64,000 bases of DNA from Elusimicrobiota bacterium (GCA_042563375.1 JBHPMF010000004.1:14902-78901), one strand, 5' to 3'. Positions 15,477 through 25,540 are shown, numbered from the stretch's first letter. Numbers and translations: made by a program. The notes: generated by a model from the sequence alone, not told the origin.

Positions 15477-18400
15477 TCTCTTCTCTCCCTTCTTCTCCCC
15501 ATTGGCGGGGAAGACTCTGCGGGGACGACAGAGCATGGATTTTTTTATTCCGCGAAGTCCAGTCACCCAAAGAACGCACCAAGATCCTTTCCTGCACCAG
15601 GCTCTTAACAGCTTTAAGAGCTGCCAAAGCTCCTGCCTGCGTTGTGATATACGGAACAGACAGATCAACGCATGCCCTTCTGATCTTATACCCATCTGAG
15701 CCTATCCTGCCGCCTCTTGGGATATTGAGCACCAGGTGGATATCCTTGTTCTTCATCATGTTTATGAGCTTGGGGTCATCTTTAAACTTTGGCACATGAC
15801 TTACTCTGATGCCCTTGCCAAGAAAGAACTTCTGCGTTCCTTCTGTTGAATATACTTCAAAGCCCAGGTCAACGAATTCCTTTGCTATAGGCGCGAAAGC
15901 TTCCTTTTGCTCACCCCTGCCTATGCTAAAAAACACATTTCCTGTTTTGGGGATCTCCTTAAAAGCCGAGGCTTGAGCCTTGTAAAAAGCTTTCCCGAAA
16001 TCTGAATCTATACCCATCACTTCCCCTGTTGATTTCATCTCAGGGCTGAGCACGGGATCGACCCCGAGAAGTTTTAAAAACGGGAAAACAGGCGCTTTGA
16101 CTGTTACAAAATCAGGCTCAAAATACTCGGCCAAACCGAGATTTTTCAGCTTTTTGCCGAGCATTATTTTTGTTGCGATCTTGGCAAGAGGCACGCCTAT
16201 AGTCTTACTAACATATGGCACAGTTCTTGAAGCCCGCGGATTAACCTCAAGAACAAGGATGTTATCACCCTTGATCGCATACTGCACATTCATCAGTCCT
16301 GATACCCTCAACGCCCTGGCAAGTTTTTTTGTGCAAGAGATAATACGGTTTTTTACCTCCCTATTGATCGTTTGAGGCGGTATAACGCAAGTGGAATCAC
16401 CTGAGTGAACACCTGCTTCTTCGATATGCTCCATGATCGCTGCCACAAAAACATCCTCTCCGTCTGATAACGCGTCAACATCGACTTCTATGGCATTGTC
16501 AATGAATTTATCAATTAGTACAGGATGCTCAGGGCTTACACTCACTGCCTCTTTCATGTATCCCGCCAATTCCCGGGCATCATCAACGACTTTCATGGCT
16601 CTGCCGCCTAAAACGTACGACGGCCTTACAAGGACCGGGTATCCTATCTTGTCCGCCACGTCACTTGCTTCCTTAAATGACATTGCAGTTCCCCATGCGG
16701 GGGACGGGATATTGATCTCGCGCAGCAAAGCCCCGAATTTTTTCCTGTCTTCTGTGATATCCGTGTTTTCAGGAGGCGTGCCTAATATCCTGATACCTGC
16801 CTTGTGTAACCTCACGGCCATATTGATCGATGTCTGCCCTCCGAACTGCAGGATCACTCCATACGGCTTCTCCGTATCAACGATATTGGCCACATCCTCA
16901 TATGTCAAAGGCTCAAAGTAAAGCTTGTCTGAAATATCAAAATCAGTGCTCACGGTTTCCGGATTATTATTCGCGATAAGCGCTTCCACGCCTTCTTCGC
17001 GCAATGCGGATACAGCATGAACGCAGCAGTAGTCAAACTCAATGCCTTGTCCTATGCGGATCGGACCTGAACCCACAATGAGCACTTTTTTCTTCTCTGA
17101 TGGCAATGATTCATCTTCTCTCTCATAGGTGGAATAAAAATACGGTGTATGGGCTTTAAATTCAGCTGCGCATGTATCAACAAGCTTGAATGTGGGTGTT
17201 ATGCCCTTTTGCTTCCTGAAATCCCGGATACGATCCTCTGTTTTTCCTGTGATATTTGCTATTTGAATATCTGAAAATCCCATTTGCTTGGCAGTAGAAA
17301 TGGAGCTCTCGTTAAATTTGATCTTCTTCCCATACTCATAGATCTGCTTGATCTTGAACAAGAACCACTCATGCACGCCCGTTAACCTGCTTATCTCCCT
17401 GATGCTCATGCCTATAGCCATTGCATCGCGGATATAAAGAAGTCTCTTGTGAGTCGGAACCTTAAGATTACGGATGATCTCAGGCTTGTCTTTGATGATC
17501 TTATCCTTGGCATCATGGCCCAGCCCGGATCTGCCCACTTCCAATGAGCGTATTGCTTTTTGCAAAGCTTCTTCAAAAGTCCTGCCGATCGCCATGGTCT
17601 CCCCTGTTGATTTCATCTGGGTCCCGATGCGCTTATCAGCGGTCTCAAACTTGTCAAAAGGCCATCTTGGGATCTTCACCACCACATAATCGATAGTAGG
17701 CTCAAAACACGCAAGCGTTTCTTTTGTCACGTCGTTCTTGATCTCATCTAAAGTCATGCCCAGAGATATTTTCGTGGCGATCCTGGCTATTGGATACCCG
17801 GTAGCTTTTGAAGCAAGAGCGGAGCTCCTTGAAACCCTTGGATTGACTTCCACTACGCGATATTCTCCGGTGTCATAGCTCATCGCGAACTGGACATTGC
17901 AAGCGCCTATTATCTTCAGCGCCCTGATGATCCTTATGGCAGCTGATCGCAATGTCTGGAAGTCATTATTGTTTAAAGTCTGGGTAGGAGCCACCACTAT
18001 GCTTTCTCCGGTATGGATACCCATTGGATCGAGATTCTCCATCGGGCAGATCACAATGCAATTATCCGCGCTGTCGCGGACCACTTCGATCTCGAACTCG
18101 CCCCAACCTTGCGTCCCCAAAATCGCCTGTTCAATAAGCACTTGGCCGATAAGGCTCAAGCGTAAACCCTGCTGCGTAAGATCAAAAAGCTCTTCATCAT
18201 TAAAAGCGATCCCGCCGCCTGTTCCGCCGAGCGTATAAGCAGGCCTTATAATAAGAGGAAACCCGTATTTATGGGCAAACACTTCAGCGCTTTGGGTATT
18301 CTCAACAGTCTTGCTTTCAGGTATAGGCTCTTTTAGCTCGTGCATGCGATTGCGGAATTTTTCTCTATCCTCGCTCTCTTCAATGCTTGATATGGAAGTT

Positions 18401-18750
18401 CCAAGCACTTGTATCTTGTGCTTTTCAAGAGCGCCTTCCTTATGCAAAGCGCACGCGACATTTAAACCGGTTTGCCCGCCCATAGTGGCAAGAAGAGCGT
18501 CAGGCCTTTCCCAGGCAATGATCTCCAAAAGCACTTTCATATTCAAAGGCTCGATATAGATCGAATCAGCCATATCACTGTCTGTCATGATGGTGGCTGG
18601 ATTGGAATTGACCAGCACGACCCTGCAGCCCTCTTCACGCAGAGCCTTGCAAGCCTGCGCTCCTGAATAATCGAATTCAGCCGCTTGTCCTATGATTATC
18701 GGACCTGACCCGATCACAAGAACTTTGTTTATATCTGTCCGCCTAGGCAT
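15457..18750 (-). CDS. carB: carbamoyl-phosphate synthase large subunit
   Basis: 1097 aa. MPRRTDINKVLVIGSGPIIIGQAAEFDYSG, two ATP-grasp halves and an MGS-like C-terminus. The last ~30 aa are encoded by repeat DNA. Confidence 0.97.
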   Translation of the reverse strand: MPRRTDINKVLVIGSGPIIIGQAAEFDYSGAQACKALREEGCRVVLVNSNPATIMTDSDMADSIYIEPLNMKVLLEIIAWERPDALLATMGGQTGLNVACALHKEGALEKHKIQVLGTSISSIEESEDREKFRNRMHELKEPIPESKTVENTQSAEVFAHKYGFPLIIRPAYTLGGTGGGIAFNDEELFDLTQQGLRLSLIGQVLIEQAILGTQGWGEFEIEVVRDSADNCIVICPMENLDPMGIHTGESIVVAPTQTLNNNDFQTLRSAAIRIIRALKIIGACNVQFAMSYDTGEYRVVEVNPRVSRSSALASKATGYPIARIATKISLGMTLDEIKNDVTKETLACFEPTIDYVVVKIPRWPFDKFETADKRIGTQMKSTGETMAIGRTFEEALQKAIRSLEVGRSGLGHDAKDKIIKDKPEIIRNLKVPTHKRLLYIRDAMAIGMSIREISRLTGVHEWFLFKIKQIYEYGKKIKFNESSISTAKQMGFSDIQIANITGKTEDRIRDFRKQKGITPTFKLVDTCAAEFKAHTPYFYSTYEREDESLPSEKKKVLIVGSGPIRIGQGIEFDYCCVHAVSALREEGVEALIANNNPETVSTDFDISDKLYFEPLTYEDVANIVDTEKPYGVILQFGGQTSINMAVRLHKAGIRILGTPPENTDITEDRKKFGALLREINIPSPAWGTAMSFKEASDVADKIGYPVLVRPSYVLGGRAMKVVDDARELAGYMKEAVSVSPEHPVLIDKFIDNAIEVDVDALSDGEDVFVAAIMEHIEEAGVHSGDSTCVIPPQTINREVKNRIISCTKKLARALRVSGLMNVQYAIKGDNILVLEVNPRASRTVPYVSKTIGVPLAKIATKIMLGKKLKNLGLAEYFEPDFVTVKAPVFPFLKLLGVDPVLSPEMKSTGEVMGIDSDFGKAFYKAQASAFKEIPKTGNVFFSIGRGEQKEAFAPIAKEFVDLGFEVYSTEGTQKFFLGKGIRVSHVPKFKDDPKLINMMKNKDIHLVLNIPRGGRIGSDGYKIRRACVDLSVPYITTQAGALAALKAVKSLVQERILVRSLGDWTSRNKKIHALSSPQSLPRQWGEEGREEKTQAKA

Positions 18751-18783
18751 TATGTAGAAAACCTCTTAACCTCTCTGAATTCG

Positions 18784-18845
18784 CCTCTCCCCTTGAGGGA
18801 GAGGCCCCGCCTTTGGCGGGGGTGAGGGGTTTCCGCTATTTCTCT
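18784..18845. repeat. family A repeat, copy A2 (carB-carA intergenic)
   Basis: CCTCTCCCCTTGAGGGAGAGG-CCCCGCCTTTGGCGGGG-GTGAGGGGTTTCCGCTATTTCTC. Two stacked hairpins, sharing the GGGGTTTCCGCTAT tail with A1 and A6. Confidence 0.9.
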
Positions 18846-18883
18846 CACAAAAGAAAAATAAAGAAAATGTAATAAGGATCCGC

Positions 18884-20032
18884 TCAATTACCCCTCACCC
18901 TAACCCTCTCCCTCAGGGGGAGAGGGGAATCAATATCCCTCACAAACTCATCAAAAATAAACTCCACATCCCTTGGTCCGGGATTGGCTTCAGGGTGCAT
19001 CTGCACGGTTCGGATCGGCAGTTTTGCATGCCTCATACCCTCGACGCTCCCGTCATTGAGGTTTATATAAGTGACTTCAAGACCTGTTCCCGCGAGACTC
19101 TGGGCATCTATCGCAAATCCGTGATTCTGGCTTGTGATATGGACTTTGTTATCAATAATATTTTTAACAGGCTGATTCACTCCTCTATGCCCGAATTTCA
19201 ATTTATATGTTTTAGCGCCCAATGCCAGGCCAACGATCTGGTGGCCAAGGCAGATCCCGCTTATGGGCATCTTTGCATGAAGTTCGCGCACGCAGGCAAT
19301 AGCGTCTGTTGCCATTTCAGGATTCCCGGGGCCATTGGCAAGAAATAAACCATCAACATTTAATTTGAGGATATCCTGCGGTTTTGCATTGTAGGGCATG
19401 AGCACGACATTCACATTTCTTTTTGTGAAATTGCTGATTATGCTTTTCTTGATCCCTGTGTCGATTATCGCTATGGTCTTGCCTGCGCCGATACCTATCC
19501 TTTTGCGAGCTTTAACAGATACTTTGCGTAAAAGCTCCAATGAAGCGTAATTTGCTGCGCTCTGCGCCTGCTTAAGCACTTTACTCTCATTTATCGGACG
19601 CTGTGACACTGCTAAAACAGCATTCATCACACCTTCTGTTCTTACGATCTTTGTGATAAGCCTTGTATCAATGCCTTCTATCCCGGGTACGCGGTTTTGT
19701 TTAAGGAAAGTGCCCAGGCTGATATTCGAATCTCTGTGCTTGTAGAATTGGCTGAGTTCTCTTATTACAAAGCCTTCTGCTTGTACGCGGCTGGATTCAA
19801 GATTCGCTTTATTGACTCCGTAATTGCCTATTAACGGATACGTTGATACGAGTATCTGGCCTTTGTAAGACGGGTCAGTAAGGGATTCTTCATATCCCAC
19901 AAAAGACGTGTTAAAGACTATTTCGCCTGAAACTGTTTTTTCAGCGCCAAAACCCGCGCCCGTAAATACTGTACCGTCTGAAAGAGCTAATACAGCTTTT
20001 AGTTTTTTATTATTCAAATCCGTTGTCTCCAT
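18884..20032 (-). CDS. carA: carbamoyl-phosphate synthase small (glutaminase) subunit
   Basis: 382 aa. Catalytic GICLGHQ and the HPE triad. The C-terminal DSPLPLRERVRVRGN is encoded by repeat copy A3. Confidence 0.95.
   Translation of the reverse strand: METTDLNNKKLKAVLALSDGTVFTGAGFGAEKTVSGEIVFNTSFVGYEESLTDPSYKGQILVSTYPLIGNYGVNKANLESSRVQAEGFVIRELSQFYKHRDSNISLGTFLKQNRVPGIEGIDTRLITKIVRTEGVMNAVLAVSQRPINESKVLKQAQSAANYASLELLRKVSVKARKRIGIGAGKTIAIIDTGIKKSIISNFTKRNVNVVLMPYNAKPQDILKLNVDGLFLANGPGNPEMATDAIACVRELHAKMPISGICLGHQIVGLALGAKTYKLKFGHRGVNQPVKNIIDNKVHITSQNHGFAIDAQSLAGTGLEVTYINLNDGSVEGMRHAKLPIRTVQMHPEANPGPRDVEFIFDEFVRDIDSPLPLRERVRVRGN
18891..18927. repeat. family A repeat, copy A3 (inverted relative to A2; inside the carA 3' end)
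   Basis: CCCCTCACCCTAACCCTCTCCCTCAGGGGGAGAGGGG. Its reverse complement parallels A2. Confidence 0.85.
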
Positions 20033-20150
20033 TCTGTCATCCTGAACTGGTTTCAGGATCTCATGTGGTTTTTCACTTCAATTAATAACCGGCAAATCAA
20101 TAATGTACTTTCTTATTGAGATCCTGAAACCAGTTCAGGATGACAGAATG
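20030..20150. repeat. family E: 34-bp perfect inverted repeat pair filling the guaA-carA spacer
   Basis: Arm 1 is 20030-20063 (CATTCTGTCATCCTGAACTGGTTTCAGGATCTCA). Arm 2 is 20117-20150, its exact reverse complement. Each arm is also a hairpin on its own (ATCCTGAA/TTCAGGAT). Confidence 0.95.
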
Positions 20151-20164
20151 AAAAAATAAACTTC

Positions 20165-21700
20165 TCACTCCAATTCAATCGTTGCCGGGGGTTTTGAGCT
20201 CACATCATAAACTACCCGGTTCACGCCTTTTACCTGATTGATTATCCTGTCTGAGATCCTTGTGAGGATCTTGTTCGAAATATTAGAGGCATTGGCTGTC
20301 ATGCCATCCACGCTGTTGACAGCGCGAAGCAGGGCGATGTATTCATATGTCCTTTCATCGCCCATCACTCCTGTTGTTTTTATGGGAAGAATGGCTGCAT
20401 ACGCCTGCCAGATCTTGTCATAAAGCTTGTTTTTCCGCAGTTCATCGATGAATATCGCGTCTGCTTCGCGGATGATCCGCAATTTATCCTCACTGATCTC
20501 ACCCGGACATCTCACTGACAGGCCCGGGCCCGGAAAGGGATGCCGGGAAAGGATCTCCTTTGGAAGATTCAATTCCCTGCCAAGAACTCTTACCTCATCC
20601 TTGAACAAATACTTTAAGGGCTCGACAATGGTCACATTCATATTCTCAGGCAACCCGCCCACATTATGATGGCTCTTGATCTTAGAGGTCGGACTTCCGA
20701 ACGCTGACACGCTTTCAATAACATCAGGGTAAATGGTCCCCTGCACAAGATGGCTGACCCTGTATTCCCTTGCTTTTCTCTCCAAAACTTCAATGAACAA
20801 AGCTCCGATTATTTTTCTCTTCTTTTCAGGATCAGTAATGCCTTTGAGGTTTAAGATAAATTCAGTTGAAGCGTCAACATGCTCAAGGTTTGAAAGCCGT
20901 GGCTTGAGGAACTTCATGACTTCGCTGGCTTCATTTTTTCTTAAAAACCCGTTATCTATGAAAATGCATATTAAATTGTCGCCTATGGCTTTGCTGACCA
21001 GCGTTGCCGCTACCGAAGAATCAACCCCTCCGCTCACAGCCACGATCACTCTGCTATCCTGGACCTGATCCCTGATCTCCCGCGTTTTTTGCTCGATATA
21101 GGCTTTCATGGTCCAGTCTGCCTTGCACCCGCAAATACCAAGGAAGTTTTTAAGCACGGTCTTGCCTTCTCTGGTGTGATGCACCTCAGGATGAAATTGC
21201 ACTCCAAAAAGCTTACTTGACTGATTCTCGATCGACGCGATGTGATTATCAGAATTGGCAAGCACTGCAAATCCTTTAGCTGGTTTTCTTATCACATCTC
21301 CGTGGCTCATCCAGACTTCTGTTTTACTCTTAAAGCCTTTAAGCAGATTGCCCTTTTTCTTGACTTCAACCTTCTGGCGGCCATATTCTCTTTTGATCGA
21401 CGGACCCACTTCCCCCCCGCAGAGCTTGTTCATTAATTGCATCCCATAACAGATACCAAGGATCGGAGCGCGCTTTGCTTTCTTGAATACTGTTGGGTCT
21501 ATGCTCGGAGAACCTTCTCTTATCACGCTGGCAGGGCCTCCGGAGAGGATAATACCGGCTGGATTTTCTTTGTCTATAAAATCAGGGGTAAGCTTCGTAT
21601 AGGGCACGATCTCAGCGTATACACCGAGCTCCCGTACTTTTCTCGCAATCAGCTGGGTATATTGGGATCCAAAATCCGCGATTATTATCTTCTCTTGCAT
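20165..21700 (-). CDS. guaA: GMP synthase (glutamine-hydrolysing)
   Basis: 511 aa. GATase GICYGMQ, ATP-PPase SGGVDSSV, C-terminal ...SKPPATIELE. Confidence 0.97.
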   Translation of the reverse strand: MQEKIIIADFGSQYTQLIARKVRELGVYAEIVPYTKLTPDFIDKENPAGIILSGGPASVIREGSPSIDPTVFKKAKRAPILGICYGMQLMNKLCGGEVGPSIKREYGRQKVEVKKKGNLLKGFKSKTEVWMSHGDVIRKPAKGFAVLANSDNHIASIENQSSKLFGVQFHPEVHHTREGKTVLKNFLGICGCKADWTMKAYIEQKTREIRDQVQDSRVIVAVSGGVDSSVAATLVSKAIGDNLICIFIDNGFLRKNEASEVMKFLKPRLSNLEHVDASTEFILNLKGITDPEKKRKIIGALFIEVLERKAREYRVSHLVQGTIYPDVIESVSAFGSPTSKIKSHHNVGGLPENMNVTIVEPLKYLFKDEVRVLGRELNLPKEILSRHPFPGPGLSVRCPGEISEDKLRIIREADAIFIDELRKNKLYDKIWQAYAAILPIKTTGVMGDERTYEYIALLRAVNSVDGMTANASNISNKILTRISDRIINQVKGVNRVVYDVSSKPPATIELE

Positions 21701-21775
21701 ATAATCTCTGCGAATTTTTTATTCTTAATTAACTTTTTCCTTCTGCTTCTTCTCTCTTTAGTGCCTTTTTCTTCG

Positions 21776-21790
21776 TTTCAGCCCTCAGCC
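21776..21790. repeat. family F repeat, second locus (guaA-purF intergenic)
   Basis: GTTTCAGCCCTCAGCC matches 6218-6232. Confidence 0.7.
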
Positions 21791-21794
21791 ATCT

Positions 21795-23378
21795 TTAGAC
21801 CAGCTCATAAGTCCGGTTGGTCTCCTTTTTGTCCGAGACATTGGCCGCTGCTTTTTCCTTGAGCAATCTTCCATGTTCCGTGGGATAGTTCCCGTCCAGG
21901 CACGCCATGCATAAATTTTTGCGGGACAAACCGATCCCTTTAATAAGCCCTTCAAAAGTCTGATACGCCAGGGAATCAGCGCCTATAAAACTACTGATCC
22001 CCTTCACCATCTCATCATGGGGTGTATTGTCCAAAGTGGCCTTACCTGCTACGAGTTCTGATATCGTTGACATGTCGATCCCGTAAAAGCATGGATAAGC
22101 CACAGGCGGACAAGCTGCGCGCACATGGACTTCCTTGGCCCCTCCGATATTCTTCACGTAATCCACAATGGCTTTCGAGGTATTGCCCCGTACGATGCTG
22201 TCATCTATCAGATACACGATCTTATCCTGAAGCACTGCTCTGTTAACATCGAATTTATTCTTTACCTGCGTGCTCTTATCCTTTTTGTGCGAGATAAAAG
22301 TCCTTGCAGCAGCATCTATTTTTATGAGTCCGGCGCTGTTTGGGAGACCCATCTCAAATCCGAAACCCTCGCTGACCGGGATGGAACTGTTGGGCACGCA
22401 GCAGATAACGCGGCTCTCTTTGAATTGCTTATCTACAGTGATTCCTTGTTTTTTGAGCTTTTCCTTTTCAAGTTTTGCCAATTCCCGGCCCAGCCTGAAT
22501 CTTACGTCAGAAACCGCCCTGCCATTGACAACAGAACAGATATTGGCGAAATATATCCACTCGAACATACAATGAGATATTGCTTTGGGTTGCGTGTATT
22601 TTATTATGTCGACTTCCCCGTCATGAACATGTATTAGATGCCCGGGTTCCACGTCACAAAACTGTCTTATTCCTATCCGCTCCAAAGCCACGCTTTCGCT
22701 TGCTGCCGCAAAAATACGTTTATCCGGGCTGATGCCATAGCACAAAGGCCTGAAGCCATATGGATCCCTAGAGATAATAAGATCCCCCTTGCCGTTTAAA
22801 AACACGATATTATAGGCCCCGTCGCAAATATCAGCTAAGTGCCCGAATATCTCTTTCCAATCCCTTGCTCCTGATTTTATTTTCAACGCGAGATTGTGCA
22901 TGATGATCTCAGTATCGGTTTTTGACTCAACCGAGTAGTCATGCTCCCGCTTTAAAACAGCTTCAAGCTGCGCGTAATTAGCGAGATTCCCATTAAACGC
23001 GATAGCGAATTTCTTGCTTAATTTACCATGCCTTCTTAAAAACGGCTGAGCGCATTCAACGTCATTTTTGCCGAAAGTGCCGTAACGCACGTGTCCTATT
23101 CCGACTGATCCGTTGAATTCCTCTTTTAGTGCGTTGAATTTTTTGGGATCTGAAGCGCGAAAAGCCTCATTCACAGTGCCAAGCGCCCTGTACCGCTCAA
23201 GTATGCGTGTTCTTGATTTATTAAAAGTCGCAATTCCTGCGGCGAGGTGGCCCCTGTTTTGCTGCTTGATCAGCAGGGTATAAAGCAGGCTTACCAGGTC
23301 AAATGGTTTGTTATTCTCCCGGGGTTTTAAATCAACGATCGCCGCAACCCCGCATTCTTCTTTTAGTTCACCTGACAT
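21795..23378 (-). CDS. purF: amidophosphoribosyltransferase
   Basis: 527 aa. Ntn Cys in EECGVAAI and the PRTase motif VYLIDDSIVRGNT. Confidence 0.95.
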   Translation of the reverse strand: MSGELKEECGVAAIVDLKPRENNKPFDLVSLLYTLLIKQQNRGHLAAGIATFNKSRTRILERYRALGTVNEAFRASDPKKFNALKEEFNGSVGIGHVRYGTFGKNDVECAQPFLRRHGKLSKKFAIAFNGNLANYAQLEAVLKREHDYSVESKTDTEIIMHNLALKIKSGARDWKEIFGHLADICDGAYNIVFLNGKGDLIISRDPYGFRPLCYGISPDKRIFAAASESVALERIGIRQFCDVEPGHLIHVHDGEVDIIKYTQPKAISHCMFEWIYFANICSVVNGRAVSDVRFRLGRELAKLEKEKLKKQGITVDKQFKESRVICCVPNSSIPVSEGFGFEMGLPNSAGLIKIDAAARTFISHKKDKSTQVKNKFDVNRAVLQDKIVYLIDDSIVRGNTSKAIVDYVKNIGGAKEVHVRAACPPVAYPCFYGIDMSTISELVAGKATLDNTPHDEMVKGISSFIGADSLAYQTFEGLIKGIGLSRKNLCMACLDGNYPTEHGRLLKEKAAANVSDKKETNRTYELV

Positions 23379-23396
23379 AAATAAAGTTTTGCCTTG

Positions 23397-24710
23397 TCAT
23401 TTATCTTTTAATACTACCCCGCATTTTATCTCGGCCGCGCGCCGCTTTGTCCATTTTTTTCCGATATCAGTCCTGTAGTACTTATCCTGGAAGTCGATCA
23501 TTCCAACTCCAAGATAAGCCCTGTTAACGGCGCATTCCAGGTTCTTGTCCGTTGCTGTAACGCACAAAACCCTGCCGCCATTTGTGAGGATATCCTTGTT
23601 GCTTTTTTTCGTGCCCGCGTGAAATACAGCAGTATCTTTAAGGCTGCATGCTTTTTCAAGGCCTTTTATTTTAAAACCCTTTTTGTAAGTTCCGGGATAT
23701 CCTTTTGAAGTCATGACAACGCAACAAGCAGCATTGCCTGAGCTTTTGACTTCCATTTCGCTGAGTCTGCCCTCAATGCTTGCCATCATAATTTCATATA
23801 AATCAGTTTCAAGCAATGGAAGGATCGCTTGAGTTTCAGGATCGCCGAACCTCACGTTATACTCGAGCACTTTGGGCCCTTGATCTGTTATCATAAGCCC
23901 TGCATAAAGGATACCCCTGTATTCACGGTCTTCCCTTGCCATACCCTCAAGCGTGGGTATGAATATCTCATTCATAATATGATGGCTCAGCTTGGCCACC
24001 GTCGGATTCGGAGCGCATACTCCCATGCCTCCGGTATTGGGGCCCTTGTCGCCGTCCAAAGCTCTTTTATGATCCTGGGAAGCCGCAAGAGGCCTAACTG
24101 TTTTACCGTCGCAAAAAGCAATGATCGAGGCTTCCTTGCCTTTGAGCATTTCCTCGATCACAACAGTGTCGCCTGCTGCACCGAATTCTCTGTCTTCCAT
24201 TATCCTGATAATAGCGTTCTGGGCCTCTTTGAATTCCTTACACACGAAGACGCCCTTTCCTGCTGCCAATCCATCAGCCTTGATAACAACGCCGCCGTAG
24301 TTCTCAATATATTCAGCACAAAGCATGTTTGCGTGTTTGGGATCCTGGGTCACTTCAAAATCCGCAGTAGGGATGCTGTATCTTCGCATGAATTCTTTTG
24401 AGAATGCTTTACTGCCCTCAAGTACTGCAGCGGATTTTTTTGGACCAAAAACCTTGATGTTTCTTGAGGAAAGAAAATCAACGATCCCCTTGGTCAATGG
24501 ATCCTCAGGACCCACAACAACCAGATCAATTTTTTTCTCTTTAACGAAATCAGCTATCTTGGGGAAATCATTGATATTGAGGTCGATATTATTGGGTGTG
24601 CCGCCGTTTCCGGGAATGCAATACACCTTGTCAACGTGCCCGCTAGCCGCCAGCTTCCAGGCCAATGCATGCTCCCTTCCGCCGGAACCTATTAAGCAAA
24701 CTTTATGCAT
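23397..24710 (-). CDS. purD: phosphoribosylamine-glycine ligase
   Basis: 437 aa. MHKVCLIGSGGREHALAWKL, an ATP-grasp core, and RFGDPETQ. Confidence 0.95.
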   Translation of the reverse strand: MHKVCLIGSGGREHALAWKLAASGHVDKVYCIPGNGGTPNNIDLNINDFPKIADFVKEKKIDLVVVGPEDPLTKGIVDFLSSRNIKVFGPKKSAAVLEGSKAFSKEFMRRYSIPTADFEVTQDPKHANMLCAEYIENYGGVVIKADGLAAGKGVFVCKEFKEAQNAIIRIMEDREFGAAGDTVVIEEMLKGKEASIIAFCDGKTVRPLAASQDHKRALDGDKGPNTGGMGVCAPNPTVAKLSHHIMNEIFIPTLEGMAREDREYRGILYAGLMITDQGPKVLEYNVRFGDPETQAILPLLETDLYEIMMASIEGRLSEMEVKSSGNAACCVVMTSKGYPGTYKKGFKIKGLEKACSLKDTAVFHAGTKKSNKDILTNGGRVLCVTATDKNLECAVNRAYLGVGMIDFQDKYYRTDIGKKWTKRRAAEIKCGVVLKDK

Positions 24711-24787
24711 GGATGATGACCTGTTTTGATGATATCAGTTTAAAGTGATCCGGTCTAGCTCCAGGGTCAAGTATAAAAGAAGAATTT

Positions 24788-25405
24788 TTAGAGGATCAAG
24801 ATCAAAAATCCAAACCCTATCACGATGATCCCGCAGATCCTGTTAATGATTAATAAGTGCTTTTCAGTAAGATTGATATTCAATGCTGAGCACAGGAATG
24901 TCATAAGACTCCAGGACAGGATCGCGCCTATAAGTATCCCGAAGATCAGCTCTCCAACGGAAACATAATTCGCCTGCGCATGCGCGATTCCGAGCACAGC
25001 AAAAAACGCTCCGAATGTGACCAGTAGTATGGGATTAGCCAGTGTCAGAAGGAACATTGATACAAAAGCGCTTGCGATGTTCTTACTGCGCTTGCCTGTT
25101 GGCGGCTTGTTAGCGCGGCGTTTTGCTGTCTTGTATCCAACAAAGCAGATCGTGCAGCTGCCTATCAACTGAAAGATCAGGGGATATGCAAGAAAAAATC
25201 CCGCGATCAGTTTTATCCCAAAACCCGCAATACAGCCGTAGATTATATTGCCCAGAGAAGCCCCAAGCACTGAAGCGATGCCTATCACCCGCTCTCTGGT
25301 AAGCATCCTCTGTATGCAGAGAACCCCAACAGGCCCCAATGGAGCGACCCCGGCAAACCCGATAATAAGCCCCCCGATCAAAAACTTGCTCTCGATTGAA
25401 AACAT
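24788..25405 (-). CDS. LysE/RhtB-family amino-acid exporter
   Basis: 205 aa with 5-6 TM helices. The N-terminal GFAGVAPLGPVGVLCIQR resembles the LysE family. Confidence 0.7.
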   Translation of the reverse strand: MFSIESKFLIGGLIIGFAGVAPLGPVGVLCIQRMLTRERVIGIASVLGASLGNIIYGCIAGFGIKLIAGFFLAYPLIFQLIGSCTICFVGYKTAKRRANKPPTGKRSKNIASAFVSMFLLTLANPILLVTFGAFFAVLGIAHAQANYVSVGELIFGILIGAILSWSLMTFLCSALNINLTEKHLLIINRICGIIVIGFGFLILIL

Positions 25406-25425
25406 CTCAGCTATTTAAGCAAATC

Positions 25426-25488
25426 CAGGGTCACGTCTTCAGAATTCAATTTCCGAAGTTGAAATTGAATTCTGAAGATGTGACCCTG
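25426..25488. repeat. 28-bp-stem hairpin in the divergent lysE / orphan-gene region
   Basis: CAGGGTCACGTCTTCAGAATTCAATTTC - cgaagtt - GAAATTGAATTCTGAAGATGTGACCCTG (one G/A mismatch). Confidence 0.9.
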
Positions 25489-25512
25489 ATTCCCGAAATC
25501 TCAAATTAAGCC

Positions 25513-25540
25513 TTGACCTTTTTTGTTTCACCGTTATACT
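25513..25540 (+). promoter_or_regulatory. sigma70-like promoter of the plus-strand orphan gene
   Basis: TTGACC (25513-25518), a 16-nt spacer, then TATACT (25535-25540). It lies about 91 nt upstream of the ATG at 25638. Confidence 0.55.

Noticed and set aside
15381-15699. ORFs 15381-15695 (-) and 15394-15699 (+), and likewise 28759-28953 (+) and 27480-27665 (-).
   Set aside because: They are made up mostly of repeat families A and B (RHRLKPEATGK and PSRGRR phrases) or overlap the carB 3' end. The open frames are a by-product of palindromic repeats.
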